A stretch of DNA of 64,000 nucleotides from Candidatus Bathyarchaeota archaeon (GCA_963771885.1 CAVYVF010000007.1:82774-146773), one strand, 5' to 3'; numbered from the stretch's first letter, positions 40,029-50,740 are shown. The notes: generated by a model from the sequence alone, not told the origin. A program made the numbers and translations.

Positions 40029-41875
40029 GCCACGGACCGATGGGCGGTGGCCCACGTGGCCCAGGCCCGGGTGGACCCGGCGGCGGCATGGGCAGGGGAA
40101 TGGATCGCGCCAAGAAGCCAAGGGAGACAATAGCCCGCCTCGCGAGTTACCTACTCGTCTACAAGCTGCAGCTTGTGCTGGTAGTGTTCAGTATAATCGC
40201 CGCTGGCGTGCTCCAGTTGCTCGGCCCCTACCTCATAGGCGTGACTATTGACCAGTATATTCTCAAGGGAGACGTCCCTGGGCTCGTCAGGATGGCGCTG
40301 TTACTTCTCGGCGTTTACCTCGCGGGGTGGGCGATGCAGGCGGCTCAGGGCTGGATCATGGCGACGATAAGCCAACGTGCTCTTCGCCAGATACGCAAGG
40401 ACCTCTTCGAGCACATGCAGACACTCAGCCTCAGCTTCTTCGACAAGAGGAGCCAAGGCGACCTGATGAGTAGACTGACTAACGACATCGACGCCGTAAA
40501 CCAGGCGATGACGATGAACGTCACCCAGATCATCAGCAGTGTACTCAGCCTCGTCGGGATACTCATCGCAATGTTTGCGCTCAACCTCTGGATGGCTCTT
40601 GGCAACCTCGCCGTCATCCCCTTCATGCTCTTCGTGACGCTCGTCATCGGCAAGCGGACGATGAGTGGGTTCCGCGGGCTTCAGTTCTCGATGGGGCGGC
40701 TCAACGGCAGGATTGAGGAGATAATCAGCGGCGAGCGCGTCGTGCAGGCCTTCAGCAGGCAAGACGCCATACTCGCAGACTTCGACAAGGACAACGAGGG
40801 GCTGCGCGTAGCCGCGACAAAGGCGATGAGTTGGGGCTTCATAATCATGCCCCTAGTCAATGTCATGAGTTACATCGGCATCGCCGTCGTCTCCGGCCTC
40901 GGCGGATGGCTCGTCGTCATCGGGGCGGTCTCAGTTGGCCTCGTAGTCACCTTCATCAACTACGCCAGGAACTTCGTCCAGCCACTCCGCCAACTCGCCG
41001 ACCTCTACAATAGTATACAGACCGCACTCGCAGGCGCGGAGCGCGTATTCGAGATAATCGACACCAAGCCAGAGATCAACGATAAGCCCAATGCTGAGTC
41101 ACTCCATGAGATACAGGGTGATATTGTCTTCGACCACGTCGGCTTCACGTACGACGGCAAGACCCCTATACTGACGGATGTGAGCTTCCACGCGGAGCCA
41201 GGCCAGACCATCGCCCTAGTCGGGCCAACTGGCGCAGGAAAGACTACTATGGTTAACATCCTTAGCAGGTTTTACGACATCTGCTGCGGTGACATACTCA
41301 TAGACGGCACGAGTATACGCGACGTAACGAGGGAGAGCCTTCGCAGGCAGATCGGCACGGTGCTTCAGGACAACTTCCTCTTTGCTGACACGGTGATGGA
41401 GAACATACGCTACGGCAACCTCGAGGCAACCGACGAGGACTGCATAGCAGCAGCGAAACTCGCCAATGCGGACCAATTCATAGTACGCCTCCCAGATGGC
41501 TACAAGACGAAGCTGACAGAGAGGGGGAGCAACCTGAGCCAGGGGCAGAGGCAACTCCTCGCCATCGCGCGCGCCGTCGTAGCCGACCCGAAGATACTCA
41601 TCCTCGACGAGGCAACAAGTAACGTAGACACTAGAACCGAGATCCGGATACAGGAGGCGCTGCTTCGACTCATGGAGGGGAGGACGAGCTTCGTCATCGC
41701 CCACCGCCTCAGCACCATCAGGAACGCGGACCAAGTACTCGTGATAAACAACGGGCAGATAATCGAAAGGGGCACCCACGACACCCTGCTGGCTCAGAGG
41801 GGCTTCTACTTCAACCTCTACAACAGCCAGTTCAGGGGAACTAGCCCCTCCGCTGCGCCGGGTAAATCCCTATAA
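40025..41875 (+). CDS. Heterodimeric ABC exporter subunit (TM288-like)
   Basis: GPTGAGKT, LSQGQ, ILILDEATS, IAHRLST, Gly/Pro/Met-rich N-terminus. ATGA overlap. Confidence 0.9.
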   Translation: MSHGPMGGGPRGPGPGGPGGGMGRGMDRAKKPRETIARLASYLLVYKLQLVLVVFSIIAAGVLQLLGPYLIGVTIDQYILKGDVPGLVRMALLLLGVYLAGWAMQAAQGWIMATISQRALRQIRKDLFEHMQTLSLSFFDKRSQGDLMSRLTNDIDAVNQAMTMNVTQIISSVLSLVGILIAMFALNLWMALGNLAVIPFMLFVTLVIGKRTMSGFRGLQFSMGRLNGRIEEIISGERVVQAFSRQDAILADFDKDNEGLRVAATKAMSWGFIIMPLVNVMSYIGIAVVSGLGGWLVVIGAVSVGLVVTFINYARNFVQPLRQLADLYNSIQTALAGAERVFEIIDTKPEINDKPNAESLHEIQGDIVFDHVGFTYDGKTPILTDVSFHAEPGQTIALVGPTGAGKTTMVNILSRFYDICCGDILIDGTSIRDVTRESLRRQIGTVLQDNFLFADTVMENIRYGNLEATDEDCIAAAKLANADQFIVRLPDGYKTKLTERGSNLSQGQRQLLAIARAVVADPKILILDEATSNVDTRTEIRIQEALLRLMEGRTSFVIAHRLSTIRNADQVLVINNGQIIERGTHDTLLAQRGFYFNLYNSQFRGTSPSAAPGKSL

Positions 41876-41898
41876 CCGGGTAACCAACTTCTCTTCTG

Positions 41899-42216
41899 AT
41901 GCCCGCAGAGTACCTCTTCCTCCTCCTCTTCATACTGGGGTGCCTTCTATTCGCCCACTTCGTAGGCAACAGTCCCGTGAGCAAGGTAGTGGAAACCCGC
42001 TTGACGGGGAAGAGGGTGAAGTACCAACAAAGCATCACCGCCTCCGGGAACACATACGTCCCGATAAAGCATGAGGTTTTCACCATCGACACCGAGGTAA
42101 CCTTCGACGTCCCTGTCCGCAAGTCGCTCTGGGACAAGCTCGACACGAATGATAAAGTGCTCCTCAACAAGCACCTGAACGGTGAGTACAGCTTCAAGAA
42201 GCGGGTCACGGAATGA
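41899..42216 (+). CDS. Small membrane-anchored hypothetical protein
   Basis: N-terminal TM followed by a beta-rich domain. Confidence 0.5.
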   Translation: MPAEYLFLLLFILGCLLFAHFVGNSPVSKVVETRLTGKRVKYQQSITASGNTYVPIKHEVFTIDTEVTFDVPVRKSLWDKLDTNDKVLLNKHLNGEYSFKKRVTE

Positions 42217-43292
42217 TCTCGCAGCCGTTGTTTATTCTCGGGTAGTCGAGCGCGTCCCCAGGTAGCGTTCCGTCCTTCATGAGTTTCCTCGTCGGTTCCA
42301 CGAGTGTGCCAAGCTCCCTAATCATGTGGCGAGTCGAGGCGCAGACCCTGTCGAACCACCTCTGCCCCCAGAACATAGTCTTGTTTGAGAAGAGGCACCT
42401 GCCACCACAGACCCACTTGTCGGGGCAGAGACTACACGGTTCGCCGACAGGCATGATGTTACGCAGCGACTCTGGTGTGCTGTTCCTAATGTCCCCGACT
42501 GAGGAGTAGGGCATCTCTGGCGCGATGGGGCAGACATCTATCCTTCCGCTTGTCATGACGGCGAAACTATCCCTTCCAGAGCCACACCAGATGTGTGGCG
42601 TGGGCTTCACCGGTGATGAGGGTACGGAGGATGGGAATGAACGGCACAATACCGGGGACGAAGCCTTTTTGGAGGGAGTCGCCGAAGTCTCTCACAAGCT
42701 TCGTGATCCCCTCGTCGTATCTAGATAGCCACTCCTCCACCTCATGCTCGAACTTTATCTCGCTCCAGAAGACGTCGAGCTGCCAGTGTATGTGGTCGAA
42801 GGCGGGGTCTGTTAGTGAGACGAGGTGCGATACGTCTCTGTATATGTCACCCCTACGGCTGAATGCTATCCTCGCGACGAGATCGCCCTCGTAGCCCTTA
42901 CGGCGGATGCTCTGGCAGTTTTTGATGACCGTGTCGTAGACGCCTTCGTATCTATTTGCGTCGGTGACCTCCCTCCCACCGTCGATACTGACGAGAATGG
43001 CGTCGAGGCGCCTAAGGTATGAAGGATTTACCTCGTCTAGGTGTGTGGCGTTTGTCTGTAGAGTAAATGCTTTAGCGGGAACACTGTCCATGATCTCGTA
43101 CATCTTGTCTAAGGCGAGAAGCGGTTCACCACCATAGAATCCAATGATCGCCTCATGGTCGCGACGAATAAAATGCTTCAACTCTCCCACGTCGTAAGCG
43201 ACCTCAAGGGGTATTCCCTCTACGTGCCTCGTGCCCCCGCAGTAGCCGCAGCGCAGGTTACACCTCTCCGTGAGGACGACGTGGTACTGCAA
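42206..43292 (-). CDS. Radical SAM/SPASM protein, AF0577 (TIGR04084)-like, frameshift near 42607
   Basis: CNLRCGYC, FYGGEP, QTN, VSIDG, HWQLD. The SPASM part has CGSG…CP…CSLC…CGGRC…C and the terminus NNGCEIIP. Confidence 0.82.
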
Positions 43293-43407
43293 TTCAGGAA
43301 AGCGCGTCGAGGACCGATAAAAGGATGTGGGATGCGCAACCCGCGTTGCTCATTCCGCTTATTAACGATGGATAGCCTCATACCACAACCAAAAAGCCGG
43401 TGCGACT

Positions 43408-44949
43408 ATGCCAAGCAACGAGTTCTATCTGAGCCAGTTCCAGGCAAGGAGCAAGATCAACCCCCCGAAGCGAGTAATCATCTTCGACACGTCGATGAGG
43501 GATGGAGAGCAGACCCCAGGCGTGACATACACGAATGACGAGAAGATCGAGATAGCGCGCAAGCTCGACGAGCTCGGAGTGCCCAAGATCGAGGCGAGCT
43601 TCGCCATCTCGAGCGAGGGCGAGGCCGAGGCGACTAAGAAGATACAGAAGCTCGGCTTAACCAGCTTGATAACTACGCTCGCAAGACCCCTAAAGGAGGA
43701 TATCGACAAAGCTCTCTGGTGTGACGTACCTTATGTTCACATATTCATCAGCACGAGTGACTTGCACATCCAGACGATGATGAAGACGACCCGGGAGGAG
43801 GTTCTTAGACAGAGCGTCGAGGGCATCGAATACGCCCGAGACCACGGGCTTCGAGTCGAGTACAGTCCACAGGACGCGACGCGCACGGACATGGATTACT
43901 TGATCGAGATATGCAAGGCTGCGGAGGACGCCGGAGCGGAGATGCTGAACATTCCCGACACAGTCGGCGTCATGACGCCCCGCATGACATTCGAATTCTT
44001 CAGCGAGCTGAAGAAGCACGTGAAGACTCCCCTAAGCGCTCACGCTCACAACGACCTCGGGCAGGCGGTTGCGAACACACTCGCCGCCATCGAGGCGGGT
44101 GCCGAGCAGGCTCATGTCACAATCAACGGTCTCGGCGAGCGCGCGGGCAACGCGAGTCTGGAGCAGGTCGCGGTCTGCCTTGAGAGCCAGTACAGGATAC
44201 CCACGGGCATAAACTTCGGCAAGATCGCCGAGGTATCCGAGATGATACAGCACTACAGCGGCATCTACCTCCCGCCAACGACGCCCATCGTCGGCGACAA
44301 CGCCTTCGCCCACGAGTCCGGCATCCACGTCCACGGCCTCCTAGCACACAGCGGCAACTACGAGATACTGAGCCCCGAGTTTGTGGGCAAGAAGCGCCGT
44401 ATCGTGGCTGGTAAGCACGCTGGGCGCCACGGTATCGGCAGCATGGTCGAGGGCATGGGCTTCCGCCCGAGCAAGGATCAGTTAAAGCTCATCGCGGAGG
44501 CTGTGAAGGCACTGGGTGACTCGGGTAAGAGTGTAACAGACACCGACCTCTACGCCATAACGAAGAATATCATGAACATCAAGGGCGAGGAACGCGTAAA
44601 GCTCAAGGAGCTAGTCGTGGTGACAGGAAACACGGTCACGCCGACCGCCTCGGCAATCCTAATCATCGACGGCAAGGAATACGCAGGCGCCAGTATTGGA
44701 AACGGCCCCATAGACGCCGCCGTAAAAGCCCTCACAAACGTCGAGAAGGGCTTCCGCGACATGAGCCTCGAGAAGTTCAACATGAAAGCCATCACGGGAG
44801 GCACAAACGCAGTTGCCGACGTCACTGTGAGCATGCGCCGCAACGGGCGCCACGTCACCGCGAGCAGCGTCAGCGGAGACACCGTCATGGCGAGCGTCGA
44901 AGCAATCCTCAAAGGCATGAACAGGCTGCTGGAGACCGAAGAAGAATGA
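43408..44949 (+). CDS. leuA: 2-isopropylmalate synthase (LeuA/CimA family) with allosteric domain
   Basis: DTSMRDGEQ, HAHNDLG, GERAGN, AHESGIH, GNGPIDAA. First gene of the leu operon. CimA is not excluded. Confidence 0.85.
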   Translation: MPSNEFYLSQFQARSKINPPKRVIIFDTSMRDGEQTPGVTYTNDEKIEIARKLDELGVPKIEASFAISSEGEAEATKKIQKLGLTSLITTLARPLKEDIDKALWCDVPYVHIFISTSDLHIQTMMKTTREEVLRQSVEGIEYARDHGLRVEYSPQDATRTDMDYLIEICKAAEDAGAEMLNIPDTVGVMTPRMTFEFFSELKKHVKTPLSAHAHNDLGQAVANTLAAIEAGAEQAHVTINGLGERAGNASLEQVAVCLESQYRIPTGINFGKIAEVSEMIQHYSGIYLPPTTPIVGDNAFAHESGIHVHGLLAHSGNYEILSPEFVGKKRRIVAGKHAGRHGIGSMVEGMGFRPSKDQLKLIAEAVKALGDSGKSVTDTDLYAITKNIMNIKGEERVKLKELVVVTGNTVTPTASAILIIDGKEYAGASIGNGPIDAAVKALTNVEKGFRDMSLEKFNMKAITGGTNAVADVTVSMRRNGRHVTASSVSGDTVMASVEAILKGMNRLLETEEE

Positions 44950-46208
44950 GCCAGACAGTAAGCCAAAAGATACTTGCTGACCACGCTGGATTGAAGAGCG
45001 TCGAACCCGGCGAGATAGTAAAAGCGAAGATAGATATTGCGATGGCCCCCGACCTCACCGCCGTCATCGCGTACCATGCGATGAAGGAGATGGGCCTCAA
45101 GAAGGTCTGGGATAAGAACAAGGTCGTCTTCCTTAACGACCATATCTCCCCCGCTACGAACGTGCAGAACGCGACGCTTCACAAGCAGTGCAGGGAGATA
45201 GCCAAAACGGAGGACTTTACATTCTTCTACGACATCAATGCCGGGGTCTGCCATCAGGTACTCCCGGAGAAGGGGCACGTCTGGCCCGGGATGCTCCTCG
45301 TAGGTGCTGACAGCCACACATGCACACACGGCGCATTCGGCGCCTTCGCCACGGGCATAGGCTCCACGGATATGGGCGCGGCGCTCGGCACTGGGAAACT
45401 GTGGTTCAAGGTCCCAGAGACAATCCGGGTCGAGGTGAATGGACAGCTGGCTCAACACGTAGCCCCCAAGGATGTTGTCCTAAAGACCGCGAAGGAAATC
45501 GGCGCGGATGGCGCCACATACATGGCGATCGAGTTCGGCGGCGAAACCATCCGAGCCATGAGCATGGCGGGCAGAATGACCCTATGCAACATGGCAATAG
45601 AGATGGGCGGAAAGACAGGCATCGTCGAGCCAGACCGGATCACAGACGCCTTCCTCAGGGACCGCGTCAGGAACAAGTACAAGATAATCAAGTCCGACCC
45701 CAACGCCGAGTATGTAAAGAGGGTCGAGATCGACGCCTCTGCGCTCGAACCACAGGTCGCGTGTCCCCACGCCGTCGACAACGTCAAGGACGTCACAAAG
45801 GTCGCTGGTACGAAGGTCGACCAGGTCTTCATAGGCTCGTGTACGAACGGACGCGTCGAGGACCTTGAAGAGGCAGCGAAGATACTCAGGGGCAAGAGAA
45901 TAAGCAGGGACGTGCGCCTCATGGTCACACCCAGCAGTTACGAGGTATACGACGAAGCCAACTCAAAGGGCATCATAAAGACCCTGATGGACGCTGGCGG
46001 GGTCGTCTGCAACCCGAGCTGCGGCGCATGCTTCGGAGGCAACAATGGCGTCATCGCACCTGGTGAGGTCAGCCTCTCCACCAGCAACCGCAACTTCAGG
46101 GGCCGCCAGGGTAGCACGGAGGGATTCGTCTACCTCTGCAGCCCCGCAACAGCCGCTGCGTCGGCGATTACTGGGGTCATCAGCGACCCAAGGGAGGTCA
46201 AACAATGA
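44946..46208 (+). CDS. leuC: 3-isopropylmalate dehydratase large subunit (archaeal type)
   Basis: DH, GVCHQ, DSHTCT, GSCTNGR, CGACFG, STSNRNFRGRQG. Confidence 0.9.
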   Translation: MSQTVSQKILADHAGLKSVEPGEIVKAKIDIAMAPDLTAVIAYHAMKEMGLKKVWDKNKVVFLNDHISPATNVQNATLHKQCREIAKTEDFTFFYDINAGVCHQVLPEKGHVWPGMLLVGADSHTCTHGAFGAFATGIGSTDMGAALGTGKLWFKVPETIRVEVNGQLAQHVAPKDVVLKTAKEIGADGATYMAIEFGGETIRAMSMAGRMTLCNMAIEMGGKTGIVEPDRITDAFLRDRVRNKYKIIKSDPNAEYVKRVEIDASALEPQVACPHAVDNVKDVTKVAGTKVDQVFIGSCTNGRVEDLEEAAKILRGKRISRDVRLMVTPSSYEVYDEANSKGIIKTLMDAGGVVCNPSCGACFGGNNGVIAPGEVSLSTSNRNFRGRQGSTEGFVYLCSPATAAASAITGVISDPREVKQ

Positions 46209-46696
46209 AGATAAACGGCAAGGCTTGGAACTACGGCGACAATATTAACACCGACTTCATGCTCCCCGGCAAGTACCTCGAGTACACAGATCCGAAGGAA
46301 CTAGCTAAGCACGCCATGGAGGGTATAGACCCCTCCTTCGCGAAGAAGGTGCAGAAGGGCGACATCGTCGTAGGGGGCAAGAATATGGGCCTCGGCTCTA
46401 GCCGGGAGCATGCGCCAATCGCGTTGAAGCATGCCGGCGTCGGCGCAGTCGTCGCGGAGAACTTTGCTAGGATCTTCTACCGTAACTCCTTCAACGTTGG
46501 GCTCGCAGCCATCGAGTGCCCCGGAATCTCGAAGGTGAAAACAGGCGACGATGTCGAGATCGACACAGCAGCCGGCACTGTAACCATCAACGGGAAGGAG
46601 AAGCTGGCGATCAAACCGCTCCCCGACTTCATGGTGCAACTACTAGCCGAGGGCGGGCTTGTACCATACCTTAAAGCGCACATGAAGGAGTGGTAG
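46205..46696 (+). CDS. leuD: 3-isopropylmalate dehydratase small subunit
   Basis: NINTD, PGKYLEY, GSSREHA, FARIFYRN. Confidence 0.9.
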   Translation: MKINGKAWNYGDNINTDFMLPGKYLEYTDPKELAKHAMEGIDPSFAKKVQKGDIVVGGKNMGLGSSREHAPIALKHAGVGAVVAENFARIFYRNSFNVGLAAIECPGISKVKTGDDVEIDTAAGTVTINGKEKLAIKPLPDFMVQLLAEGGLVPYLKAHMKEW

Positions 46697-46700
46697 CTGC

Positions 46701-47717
46701 ATGGCGAAGTATAGGGTCGCGGTCATACCCGGCGATGGCATCGGCCCCGAGGTCATGTCCGCCGCAGTCTCCGTGTTGACGGAGATGCAGGACAAATCAG
46801 GCAGGTTCGGCTTCGAGTTCAAGGAGTACCTAGCGGGGGACGATTACAAGGCGAAGACCGGCTGCGCTATGACCGAGGAGACTTTTGAGGCAGTGAAGGC
46901 TTCGGATGTTTGCTTATTCGCGGCCGTTGGCGCGACGGCAAAGGAGGTTATTATACCTCTCCGCCAGCGACTCAACCTCTACGCGAACATACGCCCCGCC
47001 AAAGTGTACCCTAATGTCCCCAACGTCAAGGGTCAGATGGACATGATCATGGTCCGCGAGAATACAGAGTGCCTCTACAAGAGGATACAGGACGGTGGAC
47101 CCGATTGGGGCGTGGCAATGAGGGTGATCACGCGCCAGGCTTCTGAGAGGATCGCAAAGTACGCCTTCGAGCTAGCCCGAAGAGAGGGGCGCAAGAAGGT
47201 CACATGCGTCCACAAGTCAAACATGATGGAGACTACATGTGGCCTCTTCCAAGACAGCTGCCAGAAGGTCGCCGCCAACTACAAAGACGTCACCTACAAC
47301 GAAGAGATAGTCGACGCCTGCGCCATGAAGATGGTCATGTACCCAGAGAAGTTCGACGTAGTCGTGACGACGAACCTCTTCGGCGACATACTTAGCGACC
47401 TCGCCGCGGGCGTCGTCGGCGGGCTGGGAATGGCCCCCTCTGCGAACATCGGGGACAAGATGGCGATCTTCGAGCCCGTCCACGGCAGCGCACCCGACAT
47501 CGCGGGAAAAGGCATAGCTAACCCCATCGCCCAGATGCTCAGCGCGGGCATGATGCTCGACTGGCTCGGCGAGAAGAAGGCTGCGAAGGCACTCGAGGCC
47601 TCTATCGTTGAGGTCCTCATGGAGGGCAAGACGCTGACCCCAGACCTCAAGGGCAATGCGAAGACAGCAGACATCGCCACTGCAGTAATAAAGCGCCTCG
47701 GCGACAAATCCTACTAA
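46701..47717 (+). CDS. leuB: 3-isopropylmalate dehydrogenase family
   Basis: GDGIGPEV, RENTE, HKSN, NLFGDILSD, EPVHGSAPDIAG. Confidence 0.87.
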   Translation: MAKYRVAVIPGDGIGPEVMSAAVSVLTEMQDKSGRFGFEFKEYLAGDDYKAKTGCAMTEETFEAVKASDVCLFAAVGATAKEVIIPLRQRLNLYANIRPAKVYPNVPNVKGQMDMIMVRENTECLYKRIQDGGPDWGVAMRVITRQASERIAKYAFELARREGRKKVTCVHKSNMMETTCGLFQDSCQKVAANYKDVTYNEEIVDACAMKMVMYPEKFDVVVTTNLFGDILSDLAAGVVGGLGMAPSANIGDKMAIFEPVHGSAPDIAGKGIANPIAQMLSAGMMLDWLGEKKAAKALEASIVEVLMEGKTLTPDLKGNAKTADIATAVIKRLGDKSY

Positions 47718-47898
47718 CTCGGCTTTCAGGATGAAGTCCGTCCCGAACCTTAATTCGACTTGTACGTTAAAACGCCGCCGTGCGCTTCGACTGCTTTATT
47801 GTTGATGAATAACCCAAGACCCGCGTGTGCATGCCAGCAAACCCCAAAACCTTTTAAACGAAGCTCGACGCATACCGAGACGGGAGCAAGAATGTCCG

Positions 47899-48378
47899 GT
47901 GAACGTTTCCTCCAGCGCTAAGGCTGGATTCTACCCGACTCCCGAATCAAAGAACCTAGTGCAATCCCTCAACGACTTGAAGAGGGAGTTATCCAGATTC
48001 GGGAAGACAAACCCAGATAGGATTGGCTACAACCGATTGGTGAAGAACGTCGACTCTCTGGAGGAGTCGCTTAAGGAGCATTACCGCGAGCTCTACGCGA
48101 TGGAAGGCGCCCTAGAGGCAGCTTCCACCCGCAGGCTCACGGAAAAGCAGCGGATGATGCTCCGAATAGTGGCAGAAGTCCAGGGTGACACCCTCTACAC
48201 GACCCTCATAGACAGGGTCTCGGAGGAGCTCAACATACCCAAGTCGACGGTAAGATGGAACCTTAAAGGGCTTCGCGACGCGGGGCTAATCGCCGCGGGT
48301 GACCGAGACAATAAGGGCATCCCAGTCAGACTCACCGAGTCGGGGAGAGTCATGACCGGCTTCGTCACCCCCGGATAG
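47899..48378 (+). CDS. Winged-helix DNA-binding protein with N-terminal coiled coil
   Basis: LTEKQR…IPKSTVRWNLKGLRDAGLI…VRLTESG. Confidence 0.7.
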   Translation: MNVSSSAKAGFYPTPESKNLVQSLNDLKRELSRFGKTNPDRIGYNRLVKNVDSLEESLKEHYRELYAMEGALEAASTRRLTEKQRMMLRIVAEVQGDTLYTTLIDRVSEELNIPKSTVRWNLKGLRDAGLIAAGDRDNKGIPVRLTESGRVMTGFVTPG

Positions 48379-48484
48379 GCTACAGCCCTAAAGACTCAAA
48401 TTCGCCCAACCTCCATCTATTTTAGGCTCCGCCGTCTGGGACGGGAGAGCCGATTCGAAGTCCGGGTAAGGAGAATTTCACAGA

Positions 48485-48727
48485 ATGTCCGTCAAAGCAT
48501 ACATCATGATAAACGTCAAGACCGGAACCGAGGACGCTGTCTGCGAGAAGGTCCTCAAGTTCAATGAGGTAGAGGAGGCGGCCGCCATCTACGGCGAGTT
48601 CGACCTCGTAATCAAGGTGAAGGCGAAGGACATGAACCATCTCGACAAACTTATTGTTGATAAGCTGAGGGGGATCCCCGACATTCTCCTCACGGCGACG
48701 ATGCTGATCGCCAAGGAGTATAAGTAG
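48485..48727 (+). CDS. Stand-alone Lrp/AsnC ligand-binding (RAM) domain protein
   Basis: AYIMINVKTG…YGEFDLVIKV…LRGIPDI…TATMLI, with no HTH. Confidence 0.85.
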   Translation: MSVKAYIMINVKTGTEDAVCEKVLKFNEVEEAAAIYGEFDLVIKVKAKDMNHLDKLIVDKLRGIPDILLTATMLIAKEYK

Positions 48728-48774
48728 CTCCCGTAAAGTTTAATATAGAAACCCCCTTCATTTGCTTGGCGCGT

Positions 48775-48853
48775 GCCCTGGTAGTATAGTCCGGCCTAGT
48801 ATGTTCGGCTGTCACCCGAAAGATCCCGGGTCCAAATCCCGGCCAGGGCGCCA
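48775..48853 (+). tRNA. tRNA-Asp(GTC), intronless, CCA encoded
   Basis: Acceptor GCCCTGG/CCAGGGC, anticodon stem TTCGG/CCGAA with loop CTGTCAC, T-arm CCGGG-TCCAAAT-CCCGG. TTTAATATA box about 30 nt upstream. Confidence 0.93.
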
Positions 48854-48960
48854 CTCCTCTAGAGTCTTGTTGTCTCATTTATTGGCACAATATTTTCCGA
48901 CCGGCGTTGATTACTTGTTCTTACGAATTTGCTTTGGTTTTTCGGTATAACCCCTTCCCT

Positions 48961-50740
48961 TTAGAGTGTGGCTTCGAGCTGGTCAGCGAACTCGTCAAAC
49001 TGCTGTATACCCTTACGCCAGAACTCCTCTTTCGTCACGTCAAAGCCGAGCTCCTCGGCGAGATCGATGGGGCTCCTGCTGGAGCCAGCGGATAGCAGGG
49101 CGTTCATCTTTGGGACGAACTTCTTGCCCTGCTCCTTGAATAGGCGGTAGAGGGCGAAGACGAAGAGCTGGGCGTAGACGTATGGGTAGTTGTAGAAGCG
49201 GTAGTTGGGTATGTAATAGTGGAGCTTCATGGTCCACTCCCACTTCATCTCGGGGAGCCACTCGACGGCGTCCCCGTAAATCTTGTCACGGCCCGCAGTC
49301 CAGAGGCTGGAGACCGTTTCCCCGTCTAGGAACTTTCCTGCCTTTATGGCGTCGTACATGCTTTGTTCGAAGAAGACGCGTGCGCTCACCTGATAGGCGG
49401 CCATGCCGAACTCGTCGAGGACATTTGCGAGGATAGCCTGCTTCTCCTCCCTCGTCTTGGCTTCGGCGAGTAGCCTGTCTGTGAGCAGGAGCTCTCCGAA
49501 TACGCTCGCCGTCTCCGCGATACAGCTGCCTATCTCGTAATTGCTGGGCTTCTGGTGACGTGAGCCGAGGTAAGCGTGGACGGCGTGACCTAGTTCGTGT
49601 GCCTGGGTATAGACGTCCCCCATCTGGCCGTTGAAGCTTTGGAGAACGTATGCACTCTTACCCGCGAGCCATGTGGAGCAGAATGCACCACTGCGCTTAC
49701 CCGTGCGTACCTCGCCGTCTATGTGGCGGCGCCCGTACATCTCGTCGACGTATTCCGCCCAGACTGGGTCGAAGCTCCTGTAGGCGGAGACTACCTCTTT
49801 CCTCGACTCTTCCCAAGTATACTTCTTCTCGGGCGCCTTGGGGAGGGGGGCGACTATGTCCCAGTTGCCAAGCTTCTCCAGACCCATGAGCCTCGCCTTG
49901 AGGCGGAGGTACCGACGGTATGATTCTACGCTGTCCTCCATAGTCTTCATAAGGGCGTCGATCGCACCCTGCTCGACGTCGTTGTCTATTAGGCTCTGCG
50001 TCATCGGAGAGGGCCATTTCCTCCACTCGCACATCTGGATATGGTCGCCGCAGACGCTGCGTATGGCGCTCGCCCAGACAATATCATCCTTCCCGAGGCC
50101 GTCGTAGACGACCCTGTTCGCCTCCTGTCTGAGCGCTCTGTCCCTGCTCTGGTAGAGAGCTATGATCTCTCCATAAGGCATCGTCTTCTCGACGCCATCG
50201 ACCAATATCTTGAACTTGCGGGTGCTAAGCCAGTCCCCCTGAAGCTGTGACCATGCGCTGACGCCGTTCTGGTCCTTTGATATGGTAGAGCTTCTCTAGT
50301 TCCTCAGTCATCACGTGGGGTATGCGGAGGACAACGCGTTCGAGGAGGTGGCTGTACTCCTTTAGCTTGGAATCCTTGACAAGGGCAGGTTTTGCCTTGA
50401 GTAGGGCACCTAGCTCTATCTCCAAGAAGGCGAGTGCCTGCCCCGCCTTGTTGCCCGCCTTGCGCACTGCTTCATAGAGCCTCTTCGAGATCGGGTCGAC
50501 GGAGTTGGCGCTGTATCGGAGCCCGCAGTACTCCATTGCGCCCTCGTATCTGAGCGTAAAGGCGTCCCGGGCCTCAAGCAGTTCAAGTAGCCTCTCGGCG
50601 TCTAGCCCTGTTATCTTCCCCCTATACCTCTCGGCGAGCCTATTCGCCTCGCCGACCATCTCCTCCAGCCTCGCCTCTATCCATTCGGGTTCGGTGCTCT
50701 CAACGAGCTGTGCCAGGTCCCATCGCATAGCCTCAGACAA
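48961..50740 (-). CDS. pepF: Oligoendopeptidase F (M3B family), frameshift at about 50287
   Basis: N-terminal RWDL, GKRSGAFC, AHELGHAVH, AETASVFGE, FYNYPY. Removing one base at 50287 joins the two ORFs. Confidence 0.85.

Noticed and set aside
40025-40105. Gly/Pro/Met low-complexity repeat at the ABC subunit N-terminus
   Set aside because: Such extensions are common in TM288-like exporters and it is not a DNA repeat element.
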